This document shows positions 12,804 through 24,456 of a stretch of DNA of 64,000 nt, piece by piece (the stretch's first letter is position 1; every line of letters starts with the position of its first letter). Where the stretch lies: positions 17,856,001-17,920,000 of the forward strand of contig CM069163.1 in the NCBI GenBank assembly GCA_035221665.1, given 5' to 3'. This DNA is from Okamejei kenojei. Taxonomy: Eukaryota. The notes under the pieces were generated by a model. The model saw only the letters and a program-made list of their open reading frames with translations, was not told the DNA's origin and ran no database searches. The position numbers were made by a program, and so were the translations under genes.

Positions 12804-12989
12804 CAGTGTCCTCCATAATGTTTGGGACAAAGACCCATCATTTATTTATTTGCCTCTGTACTCCACAATTTTAGATTTGTAATAGAAAAAAAATCATGTG
12901 GTTAAAGTGCACATTTACTGATTTGAATAAAACCATTTTTATACATTTTGGTTTCACCATGTAGAAATTACAGCAGCGTTTATACATAG

Positions 12990-13081
<92 letters not shown>

Positions 13082-13202
13082 ATTTCAGGCCACACTAATG
13101 TTTGGGACACAGCAATGTCATGTAAATGAAAGTAGTCATGTTTAGTGTTTTGTTGCATATCCTTTGCATGCAATGACTGCTTGAAGTCTGCGATTCATGG
13201 AC
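12804..13202 (-). mobile_element. Tc1/mariner (IR/DR type) right end fragment
   Basis: TA|CAGTG terminus, direct repeat taatgtttgggaca twice within the TIR, and minus-strand SMNRRLQAVIACKGYATKH* (Tc1 transposase C-terminus). Confidence 0.9.
12990..13081. repeat. Poly-C homopolymer (92 nt) inside the Tc1 TIR
   Basis: Directly visible. Confidence 0.95.
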
Positions 13203-13403
13203 AAAATACAACAAAAATGGATTGCACAAAGAAGCCAGATGGTTGGGAGTCCATTCTGACACCCAGATTTGCTTAGGGAGGTATGTGACCCAACTGTTAT
13301 CGGCTCGGCTGGTTTTTCAGACAACCTGCTTGAAATTTAAAGGTCAGGAGTTAGTAGTGACAAAAAAATTTAATAACATCATGCCATGAAAAGTTTCTGC
13401 AGG

Positions 13404-13605
13404 TAGACCCAAAATGCTGGAGTAACTCAGCGTGACAGGCAGCATCTCTGGAGAAAAGGAATGGGTGACGTTTTGGGTCGAGACCCTTCTGCAGACTGAA
13501 ACACCACCTATTCCTTACATCCAGAGACGCTGCCTGTCCTGCTGAGTTACTTCAGCATTTTGTGTCTATCTTCAGTGTAAACCAGCATCTGCAGTTTCTT
13601 CCTTG
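13404..13605. mobile_element. Fold-back (head-to-head) Penelope-derived unit
   Basis: Arms at about 13401-13475 and 13498-13572 are reverse complements. Possible TSD ctgcagg at 13397-13403 and 13606-13612. Mutated hammerhead core on the minus strand at 13467-13494. Confidence 0.75.
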
Positions 13606-14431
13606 CTGCAGGATATTGTACTGGAATGAAGATGTGAAATTGCTGCACTTTATAATGAGATTAAGTCTTAATGCATGATGTGTCAATGGTACTAATAGGG
13701 CTCTCGCTTAACTTTTTCCTGGTTGCCAGCTGGGCAACCTTGGCAGCTTTTTAGGTTGCCAAATGACAGTTTAGATGGTCATTTAAGATGGCTTGCATGT
13801 CGCATGCGTTAATGTGCTCGGATGAAGTGCGTTGTTACCAGTCGGAATTATACTCAATGAAGCATTCATATATTATTTCTGCTTCAAAGTCACAAACTAA
13901 ACATATTCACCAATCAAGACATAAAATATACCACAATGACATGCAACAAAATTATAAGACCATATTTCAACTCTTTTTACACATTGCAATTAATGCAATT
14001 TCTATTACTGCTTTCCATTTCCAAACAAAAATGTGGTTGGATTATTCAGCGTATGATCAACCTGTGTCAATAAATCATGGACCATGGTAACATATATGTG
14101 TATGTATAGTTGTGAATGTTGCTCATTAAATAACTACAGTACTGATACTCCATATTAAGAGCATTGATTTGCCGTTAAAATGAATTCTGTAATAAAGTGT
14201 CAACGGCAGCAGTGACAATCAAACACTGCGGTTTTAATGTTTCACGTGTTCACAATTTAATTAATCCATCTTTATGGATGAAAACAAATAATAACATTGG
14301 GAATTAAAACGCATTTGATTGCATTCCGTTATCAAACATAGTCAATGTTCGCACTGAAGACATTTCCAGCACAATAGGGTCAGGGAGGGGGGTGTGTGTG
14401 AATCAGTGTGGGGTGGATAGATGGCTGGAGT

Positions 14432-14464
<33 letters not shown>

Positions 14465-14559
14465 GGGGGTGGTTAGAAGGCAGTCAGTGTAGAATGGATG
14501 GATTGAGGCAGGTGAATTAACACGTGTTGGTTGGAGGTAAAATTGTGAGAGGAGAGCAC

Positions 14560-15200
14560 CGGGGATGTCAATGGTGTTGAATGGGGGGGGGTTCAGTACG
14601 GGATGGATGGGGATAAACAAAAGTGCTGGAGAAACTCAGCGGGTGACGCAGCATCTATGGAGCGAAGGAAATAGGCAACGTTTCGGGTCGAGACCCTTCT
14701 TCAGACTGTTCCCCCCATTCTTCTTGAATGGGTGGATTAGTACAGGATGGATGGGGAGGATCAGTGCAGGATGAATTGGGGGGGGGGGGGGGTCAATACA
14801 GTGTGGAATGGAGGGTCTGTGCAGGATGAATGGGCGGTCACTACAGGATGTATGAGGGGAAGGGGGATGGTGCAGGGTAAATGGAGGGTGGGTCAGTATG
14901 GGATGAATGCGTGGATTGGTACAGGATGGATGGGGGATCCGTACAGGATGGATGGGGGATCAGTACAGGATGGATGGAGGAGAAGTGCAGGATGGATGGG
15001 AAAGGGGTAAGTAAAGGATGAATTGGGGAACCAGTGTAGGATGGATGGGGGTGGCAGGAGAATCAATGCGAGGTGGATAGGGTGATCAGTGCAGGATGAA
15101 TAGGGGGGGGGGGGTGTAGATGGGGAGGGGAGCACAGGGGATGTCAGTGAGGACTGAATAGAGGCGGGAATGGGGATCAGTGCGGGATGGAGAGGAGGGG
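14560..15200 (+). repeat. Degenerate G-rich minisatellite, unit about 22 bp (ggatggatgggggatcagtaca)
   Basis: Recurring caggatggatgggg / gatcagtgcaggatga motifs, interrupted by a Penelope unit at 14617-14706. Confidence 0.75.
14677..14704 (-). ncRNA. Minimal hammerhead ribozyme motif (Penelope type), intact core
   Basis: Minus strand reads CTGAAGA-A-GGGT-CTCG-ACCC-GAAA-CG-TT. This gives CUGANGA, stem II, GAAA, a palindromic stem III (ACGT) and an NUH site. Stem I is only about 2 bp locally. Confidence 0.7.
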
Positions 15201-16727
15201 TCCCAGGATAAGGGGGTGGAGGGGGCGTATGAGAGAGGGGGCAGTTGGGGAGGGATGAAGGCAGGTCAGCGCTCCTCGGACAACATCGCCCCGCTGCCTT
15301 GGCCGTTGGGAACTCCTCGCCACCGCCTCCCTCCTCCGCCAGCCAACAGCAAGGTGCGGGGCCGAGCGGTGCAGCTCGGAGATCCTATAGCTATAAGATC
15401 TTTGGTGCAGCTGGTTCAGATGCGTCGGAGCGACAGCGGCTCCATCTCCTCCCCTCCCGCACCCCGCCCTACCTGATAACGGCCTCTGCTTGTAAACCCG
15501 CTAGCCGCGCTTTCAAAACAAACCCTCCTGCACGCTGAGGCCTCCCCATCCATCCCTCCCCACGGCCTCGGCGTGCGGGGGGGGGGGGGTTTGTTTTGAA
15601 AGCGGTTATCGTCGTTAGCGGGTTTACAAGCAGAGGCCGTTATCAGGCCGGGTGAGGTGTGGGAGGAGGAGGAGGAGCCGCTGTCGCAGCTGCTGCCGCC
15701 GCTGTTCGAGCCCCGTCATTTGCTCCGACCCTTCCTCACCCGCATCTAGTATCTTTGCCCCGCACAGCCGTCTCCGACACGAAACGTCGCATTCCTTTTC
15801 TCCAGAGGTGCTGCCTGACCCGCGGAGTTACTCCAATTTTTTGTGTCTATCTTCGGTACAAACCAGTATCTGGTTGCCAAGCTGGGCAAAATGACTCGGT
15901 GTTTAGGTTGCCCGGTGGCGCTTTGAATGGTCATTGGCACCCGGGCAACCGCTAATTTCGAGCCCTGTACTAACAGCGAAGACCAAAGTCTGGAAAACAA
16001 AATAATCTATCCATCTTCACAGTGTTCAGTTGTCTGAACCCCCTTTATCAGAATTCTGGATGTTGCCATTGACCAGAAATTCTAGAAATTGGAGCAGTCA
16101 CAAAGGTACTATGATTATTTTTCGCACTTGAAGATAAATATTCTGATCATATAGCTAGGCCCTCTAGTCTTAGACATTTCCACATTGGGGAAAGAGGTCC
16201 AGATTGTCCACCCTATCTATAATTTTACTTCATAGTTTTATAAACCTATCAGATCTGCCCTCAGCCATCAGTGCTCCAGAGAAAACAATCCAAGTTTGTC
16301 CAAACTCTCCTTATAGCTAATACCCTCTAATCCAAGCAGAATTCCTGTAAACCTCTTCTGCAACCTCGCCAAAGCCTCTACATCTATATTGTAACTGGGT
16401 GAGCAGATTCACTTAATGTCCCATTACTGTCTAAATTATCTCTTCTTCCACAAGTAAATGGCTGCAATTGCAATGTTTATTTTTTTTAAATGTACTTCAC
16501 AATTATATGATTAAATTTGTCAACCAGATTACAGTATACTCAGCCATCCAGTGCGATTGGGATGGTGCCGGCTGTGTGAATATGCCAATTGTATGAGAAT
16601 CGCTCCAAAACAAACCACTTCGCATCACACTAGTATTCCATACATAAACCCTTAAATACATTGATTTTAACAGCTTCTTCTGGTCAACCATCAGACTCTT
16701 GAATCACGCTAACACCTCTACTTCCTT

Positions 16728-17325
16728 GGAAGACTTAGGACATTTGGCATGTCCCCTATAACTCTCACCAATTTCTACAGATGCACCATAGAAAGCATTA
16801 TATCATGATGCATCACAGCTTGGTTTGCGAACAGCTCCATCCAAGACCGCAGGAAATTGCAGCAAATTGTGTTCGCAGCCCAGACCATCACACAATCCAA
16901 CCTCCATTCTATTGACTCCATTTATACCACGCTGCCTTGGCAAGGCCAGCAGCATAATCAAGGGCGTATTGCACCCTGGCCACTCCCTCTTCTCCCCTCT
17001 CCCATCAGGCAATAGGTATCGAAGTGTGAAAACGCACACCACCAAATTCAGGACATAGTTTCTTCCTAGCTGTTATCAGGCAACTGAATCATCCTACCAC
17101 AACTAGAGAGCAGTGCTCAACTACTATCTACCTCTTTGGTGACCCTCGGACTATTCTTGATCGGACTTTGCTGGCTTTACTTTGCACTAGACGTTGTTCC
17201 CTTATCATGTATCTGTACACTGTAAATGGATCGATTGTAATCATGTTTTGTCTTTCTGCTTGACTGACGCAACAAAAGCTTTTCACCGTACCTCATTGCA
17301 CATGACAATAAAATAAACTGGAACT
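16728..17325 (+). mobile_element. Rex1/Babar-like LINE 3' part
   Basis: RLRTFGMSPITLTNFYRCTIESI...CITAWF and CLGKASSIIKGVLHPGHSLFSPLPSGNRYRS. Tail catgacaataaaataaact. Confidence 0.88.
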
Positions 17326-18722
17326 GCACAACCCAATCATGATACTAACCTACTGTGGACCTTGTACTGGTTGTGCTACTTACTTTGGCTTGCACTATTA
17401 TTGCCTGGTTACCACGTGTACCTTATTGTAGTACCTTATATTTTGTGTTATTCTAATGTGCTTTTAAAGCTGCAGCAAGTAAAAAATAATCATTTTCTAT
17501 TCCCAGTACCAATGACAGTCAAACACTATTGCCATAATTGATTGTTAAATGCTGAAACATTGAACCAAATGAATGACTAGCCACCGTCACATGAAATAAA
17601 ATTGCAGCAGAACCTGGGATGCCAAATTCAAATTAATGTTTTTGAAGAAACCTCTTGAAATTGCCAGTTGCATGAGGACTCCAGATGCATAAAAAAACAG
17701 ACAAACATGAGTTGACTGCTTCTTGGGTCTTTTAAAGATTTTTGAGGAAAGTTTTTCTGTTTGACCACGATATCCAAAATGTCTGGATTTTGACAATTCC
17801 AGAGGCTTGAGCAGTTGGGTACAATAGTGCACTTCTGATGAGGTACCGAATTTAAGAAGGTTTATTATTTTGCTTAAAATGTAATGCAAGGACCATCTGC
17901 TCTTTCAAGTAGGCACAAAGGATTCCCCATTGCTATTTTGAAGAAAAAATCTGGATGGAATCTCTCGTGCTATATTTATCCTTCTGTCAACATCACAAGA
18001 ACATAGGATTTGGACATTATTATAATGCTTTATGTAGGAGCTTGTAATGTGTAAATTGTCTGCTGCGTTAACTATGTTATGATTACTTCAGACATACAAC
18101 ATTGGAAATGGCTTCAGAACATATGAAGGTTGTGAAATGCAGACTTAAGATTGAGCAATAGGGTCATAGACCTAACAAAAATCAAGTATGTGGACTTCAC
18201 TGAGCCCCCCCTTTGTACCAGTGCCCCTTTAAGTAAACATAAACATACCCAATAATGTTCTAAAAGCCTTAACACACACTGTTAAACAATAATAAAACCA
18301 GTACAAATTTGAAGTACCTAATAGGACACGATATTGGGTAAAATACCACTTGCATGAAATGTTGCAAATAGTGATTAATTTTGAATCACAAGGCACATTT
18401 GTGTAAATAGAGTGCACTTGACACAAGTGATGTGGGAACTGATCATATTCATGCAAAGTGTGATTGCCTTCTGAACAGCTATATGCATATAGATATTTAT
18501 CAGGAACTGCCGAGATAGGACTTGGTACTAACCTCATGGACATGCAGTTCCATTTATAGTAAAACTGCAGATAAATGCAAGGCTGTTTCTGTGGGAGCTT
18601 CAGTTTCTCTAGTTCTGGGAACTCTTTATCTTTGATTTTCTGTGTAAGCCCAGTTCTATATCACGTTATGAATAAAAATGAAATGCTGGAAATTATCAGC
18701 AAATTTGATGAGAAACGGAATT

Positions 18723-18751
18723 AACGTTTCAAGTTGATGACCTTTCATCAG
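18723..18751 (-). ncRNA. Minimal hammerhead motif, second (CUGAUGA) family
   Basis: Minus strand reads CTGATGA-A-AGGT-CATCA-ACTT-GAAA-CG-TT. Confidence 0.55.
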
Positions 18752-20639
18752 ATTGAAATGCTAATTCCCACTTTTTTTCATCTCCTTGTGCATAAATCTG
18801 AATATTTCTAATATTTTCAATTTCAGTTCTTCAGCAGTTTGCTTGCTTTTGAACACCATTTATAAACGGTCATAAAGCATATATTTGTGTCGTGGAATAC
18901 ATGTCTTAGAAAAATTACTTGGTATCATTTGATTCATACATCTGAAAATTGGTTTTATAGCAAAAACTATATTTTTAATTAGCAGTCTGCAGTCCACATG
19001 GTTTTAATGATTTTAAATCAAACACGTATAATGTCATTAGTTATTTTGATGTGTAATTTTAAGTTCCAAAGTGACATGCATAAGCATTATACTGAGAAGC
19101 AACCAAATCAGAAATATGCAAACAGTTGTAAATTTAGAAGTATGTGGAATCTCATTGGAGTCTTTAACTATTTTCCTGGGTAGGATGAGCTTTGTCATGA
19201 TACCTTCTCAACTCGTGTGACTGATGCAGTTTTTGCTTTGGGATTTTATGTTTTATAAGATTTTACTGAAAACCCAGAGCCAAGAGTCCAAATTCCAAGC
19301 TTTGCACGTGATGTAATGTTAATTGAATATATAATGATGTTGTAGTTGTACAGTATATTTACTTTTAGTTCTACATTTTTACTTTTCTATTGTTGAATTG
19401 CTAGAGTATTATTTCCTTTAGCTTCTTAATGCTTTAGAGAATTTTAACACTTTTTGCCAGAATAAATTCAGCCTGAGATATTTAGCACCAGCAAAAACAA
19501 TCGAATCCTCTGATAGAAATTGAATTTGATTTGTTCATTCAAAACAATGCACTGGTTTTAATATTCCCTATGTTGGCATGTGCAATTATAAAATGGAGAA
19601 TACTGTTTGTGGAAACGGTACAATGGAGATCTAAGAGTAAATCCTGCATATGCTGTTTATAGTCTTGTTGGGGTTGTGGTTTGCATTCAACCCTGGGCTT
19701 TTTCTGTGAACCGACAGCTACACATAATGCTTTAAAAAAATATTTTGAGAATGAGATGACAAATGTCTTTCTTATCACAATTAGGCTCGTTTCAGAGCTC
19801 TACTCATGTGAGATATTGCAATGTAAACATGAGGAAGGTTTCTATTTTTAGCCTGTGATTTTCAGATCCATTCCTGTCCTCTTCAAATGCCTGTCTAATA
19901 ATCAATCTCGGATAAGCCATTTTTCACAGGGTAAAGAAAACCTGTTGCTATCCTGCTTGGCCTTTATCAAAAGCATTTCATTTCCCAAGACTAAATGTGC
20001 CCTCTTTGCCTGTCCACTGCCAACCGAAATACTGTTGTATTCACCGTTTCCATCATCTGAGATAATCTACTTGTGTTTTCCCCAATGTTGCTGAAATTCT
20101 GATTCGTTTCTGATGAAGACTTTCAAATTAGGATTGCAACCAATTTTATTGACTGAGTTTGTATTTAGGTACAGTTATTTGAATCCTAACTGGAATACAG
20201 TCTACCAGTGGGAGAAGCATCTGTCCAAAAGGGCAATGAAGGACATGACCATCGCACAGTTCTTGTCGAGACAAAGAAGTATCTTCATGCTGAAGACATA
20301 CCCATGGGGTATTGAGTGCCACTACAATTGTGCTAAATGGGAGGTTCAGATAATATCTGGAAGACCCCAAATTGAACATTATTAACAGCGGAAATGTACA
20401 TGACTATAATCTAATTTCATGGCCATGGAATGAACTTGGGTCCGATGCTGAATGCAAAAGAACTTGCTGGTAACAGCAACAGGCATGATAAAAAATGAGG
20501 TGAAATGGCAACATGGGATGTCATGTGCTAAACCACATCTGCAGAAACAACATGCCGTTGACAGGGTTAAGTGATTTTGCAACCAACAGATCGAATGAAA
20601 GTTATGCAATTGTACCAAAATCGGCATGCATGATGGTGA

Positions 20640-21330
20640 ACAAATAAACCATAAACAGGAGAAGTTTCAACATTCCCCCCCCCCCCCCAAACTATTGAGG
20701 GATCCAGCCTGTGAACATTAGACATGGCTGAAACATTCATAACCACACTCAGCTAGAAGTGTCAAATAAATGACCTGTCTCAGCAGCTTTCTGAGAACCC
20801 ACCATCGCAAAGGCTCGACTTCAACCAATTCAATTCACTACGTAAGATGAAATGGCTGTCAATGGTTGACTCAACATTCTGGTTGCAGCACTGAGAATTG
20901 TACTTCAGATCTAGTTGTGCTTCCTTCTAAGCTATTCTACCTGGCATTGGCGAGACTTGTTCACAAAAAACAGGATGAATCCAATCCAGTTAATTACCAC
21001 TCAATCACTATTCTTTATCAACAGCAATTTGACGTTATCGACTTCACAACTAAGTGGCACTCACTCGCCAATAATCTGCTGAAGAAGGGTCTCAAACCAA
21101 AATGGTGCCTGACCATTCACTCCCCAGATGCTGCCTGACCTGTTGAATTTCTCCAGCACGTTGATTTGCTCAAGATTCAGGCACCTGCAGTTTCTTGTGT
21201 CTCCATTTATCTGCTCATTGATGTCCAATTTGGGCTATACCAGGCCACTTAGTTCCGGACCTTATCACCATCTTCATCCATACATGGACCAAGCAGCTCA
21301 GTTCTAGAAGTAAGATGAGCATGTCTGCCC
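20640..21330 (+). mobile_element. Old CR1-like LINE fragment with nested Penelope unit (21079-21205)
   Basis: Decayed RT-region motifs (KKQDESNPVNYHSI, tccaatttgggctataccaggccac). The nested unit starts ctgaagaagggtc. Confidence 0.55.
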
Positions 21331-21994
21331 TTGTATCAAGCTGTACAACCCAACTAAAAGGAGTCTTATTAGGGCTACTCAAATCATCAAACTTGAACCA
21401 TAATTTCAGAGTCTGAGAATAGATTTAATTAAAAGTACTTGAATCACGTGTCTTATTTTAATGTTTCAGCACTTTTAATGAAATTAACATTTTTAATGAT
21501 TAGAGGCATGTAAATTTCACTTTGAAACAGATAAAATGAAATGGACTATCAGTGATAATATCCATTCTGTGCTAAGTGTTGTTTATTGCAAGTACAGATA
21601 CTGTTATCACAAATACTTAATATAACAACACTAATTAGAGATGCTGATGTTCCCTGAAACTGAAAATCTAGGCTATACAGAATACAATTGTAGTAAATTG
21701 CCCTCAAATCTAATTAACTCCGTTCACTTCAAGACTCTTTTGTTGATAATAAATTAAAGAACATTGGCTTCAGGAAAAGTGGTTTCTTTTAAAAATCCAA
21801 ATAAATGAGTCTGTATAAGTGAAGTGACTTTCATTGGGCCTTGATTATCTTTGGAACTGGCTCTGAGCCCAGCCTGTTACTGCGGTTATGAAAAGCATAG
21901 GTTTTAAGTCCATTAATGGGGCTAGTCTGCACCAAGAATTTATGGATTTTCAGCATGAAGCCGTTCCCAATTTATCCTTGAAAGCTTGAGTTGT

Positions 21995-22690
21995 TTTCAG
22001 GACGTATGACAGGTCATGGATGATTTGTTCTCTCCATTTCTGAGGAGGTTGATAAGACGTATGATATTCTCATAGGTAGAGCAGCAGATGTTGGATGAGG
22101 CTGGTTGGTGGAGGCTTTGGAGGTTCTGCTCCACTTCACTTTTTGTGTTGATTCTACATGCGCCCACTGAAGATTTCATGTTTCCTGGATGTCACACTCC
22201 ATTTGAAATATTCACAGAGGAGGTAATTCCATGAATCAGTGACATGTTATATTTTTGAAGGAAGGTTTGCGAAAATCCTTTAAGCAATTTCTCTGTCCTC
22301 CTGGAGTTTGTTTTGCCATGACAAACCTTGGAGTGGAGTGCTGATGTGAGGAGCTGGTATCAGTATAAATAGTGTGACAAAGGATTTGGAAAACTTTTTA
22401 AAAACACCAATGGTGGTACCTTTTCAGTGCATTGATCTGCCCATTGTGGCCATTGCATCTCTCTGAAGAGTACAGGAAAATGGGGATCATGAGCTTAATG
22501 CCAAGCCTGATATCTTGACGAAACATTCTTTTCCATACATAACCAAAGGCTGCACTGATTAATTTTGGCACCAGTGCCTGTCTTTTTGCAGAAGTGATTC
22601 CTGACTTGTGTGAAGAAATCCATGTTTTCTGGCATCTTGCTCTAGATCTTAAATGTTGATGGCAGTTTTTTACAGGTGGAGGCAGGTTGA
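21995..22690 (-). mobile_element. Decayed RTE-type LINE fragment
   Basis: Minus ORF has SAAFGYVWKRMF...LYSSE...ALKRYHHWC, resembling the RTE RT thumb region (SAAFGRL..R...LLYG.E.W...LE.FH.RCLR). Confidence 0.6.
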
Positions 22691-22886
22691 TTGAGGAGCA
22701 ATGTTTTATGTATACAGACACTCCTGAAAGGAATCCAACGTAACCGAGAATTGCTGTGCCTGTCTAGGGTGTTCTCTTTAAGTCAAGCTCAAGTAAATGT
22801 CACAAATCTGTGGATTTTTTACACTACTGTATCATTGTGCATGATAGACCTGGACATCATAAACTCTCATTTCCCTTTCAAATTTA

Positions 22887-24272
22887 GGCTGTGGGCCGAG
22901 CATCGAAAATGTGTATAGAATTTGACTTTTGTGACCCATCTCTTGGATCTACTTGAAATTTGGCATAGATTTAGATTAAAAAATAATTGAGAAGGAAGTC
23001 ATAACCCGTCAGTGCCAGCTGTTGCACATTAATTAGTTAAGCTAATTAGAAAATGAGATTGAAGAAGTAAGCGCCACCTGGTGTTCAATGCTCATATTAC
23101 TCCATGGGAGCCTAATTCCGTGCTGCTGTCTATTTAAACCATATATTATTATACCATATATGTCTGAAGAAGGGTCTCGACCCGAAATGTCACCTATTCC
23201 TTCGCTCCATAGATGCTGCCTCACCCGCTGGGTTTCTCCAGCATTTTTGTCTACTTTTGATTTTTCCAGCGTCTGCAGTTTTTTTCTTGAACATACCATA
23301 TTGTGAATATGACTGGAGTTGTAAAGAATTATATTTTATAAAAATAACATAATTGTGAATGCGTATTTTGAATGAGACTGCCGCAGAGATCCGGCTCCTG
23401 AACTCGCCTAATTAATGGGTGAGGGCAGTTCCTGTGGGTTCCCCTGTTTACTGAACCCCACTGACTGCCAGAGTGGGGGTCACGGCAGTAGTGGTACTGG
23501 GGCAGTGCCAGGCTGTGGGGAAGGCTAAGGCATCTTCCACTGAGAGGAAAATCCCTAACCCTAACCCTAATTTGCACCCCTTCCAGAGCTGCCCACGGTT
23601 GGAGCTGGAGCCGCTTTGGGACCAGCTACGGGCTCCGTAAATGTGGCCGCTCAGCGCGCCGACCTCAGCCAGCATGCCCTTCTGGATCATCATGGTGATG
23701 ATGGTGGGGAGCACGCCGCCTGGGCCACCTTCAGCACCCCCATAGTGCCGGTTCCGTCAGTCTGCCCGCTCGCTCGCTGCAACACCGGCCGGCTGACAGC
23801 CCGACCGACCCCTCGCAGCATCCACTGGCAGCCTGACAGCCTGAACGACCCCTCGCAGCACCAATCGACTGTAATCCTAACCCTAGCTCTATATTTTTAT
23901 TTATCATTTTTATTTAACAGTTCACATCATAACTTTACAAAGATAAATCAATTGTAAAACAAAATTATCAGCAAAGTTAGCATTACCTTTATTCCTTCGA
24001 AACCTCGCTATTGCTTTGATGTAATTGGGAGGCAGTCATGATCCCAGAGTGCTGCCATGAAACAAAGCGCGTGATTGGTCAATTGGCATCCGACGCAATG
24101 TCAAATGTGCATTGATTGGACAATTACTACTCGGAACATTGGAGGTTTTTCTCATATTTTAAAAATATGTGCATGTTTTGTTCTTGACGAATTTCAGGTA
24201 TGATTTCTATAATATTTTTACACAATATGTTAAAAATACAGGTAGATACATGATTTACCATGGCCCACAGCC
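22887..24272. mobile_element. Non-autonomous TIR DNA transposon (GG...CC termini, TA flanks; ISL2EU/Harbinger-like)
   Basis: ta|GGCTGTGGGCC (22887) ... GGCCCACAGCC|ta (24272). GC-rich core with no transposase. Confidence 0.6.
23160..23292 (+). mobile_element. Solo Penelope-derived unit starting at a near-intact hammerhead (23164-23191)
   Basis: TSD ataccatat at 23151-23159 and 23293-23301. CTGAAGA-A-GGGT-CTCG-ACCC-GAAA-TG-TC. Confidence 0.8.
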
Positions 24273-24456
24273 TAATTAGAATGTAGTGCACAAAATTATG
24301 GTCAATTTTTAGGCATAGGAATGATAAATGAATTGGCTCATCTTAAGAAATTGAAAATACAGTGGTCGTACTTATGGTCAGTATTTATAGCTTATATTTA
24401 GCTATTAAACAAGTGTCTAATAGCTAAATATAAGCTATATATATTATATATACATA

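Larger units (their letters stand above)
13697..15966. mobile_element. Non-autonomous DNA transposon, hAT-like, with composite interior
   Basis: Termini AGGGCTC...GAGCCCT with flanks gtactaat/gtactaac. Subterminal GGTTGCC/GGCAACC motifs repeat at both ends. No transposase ORF. Confidence 0.7.

Noticed and set aside
12871-13173. 100-aa ORF with poly-Gly
   Set aside because: Translation of a poly-C run within a Tc1 TIR.
14560-15200. Regularly spaced repeats as a possible CRISPR-like array
   Set aside because: Degenerate tandem minisatellite without unique spacers, in a eukaryotic context, with no cas genes.
20110-20570. Possible very old RTE-like fragment or exon
   Set aside because: Too decayed to assign, with no convincing splice sites or motifs.
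23553-23570. Interstitial telomere or fusion scar
   Set aside because: Only three units, and they lie inside a TIR element.
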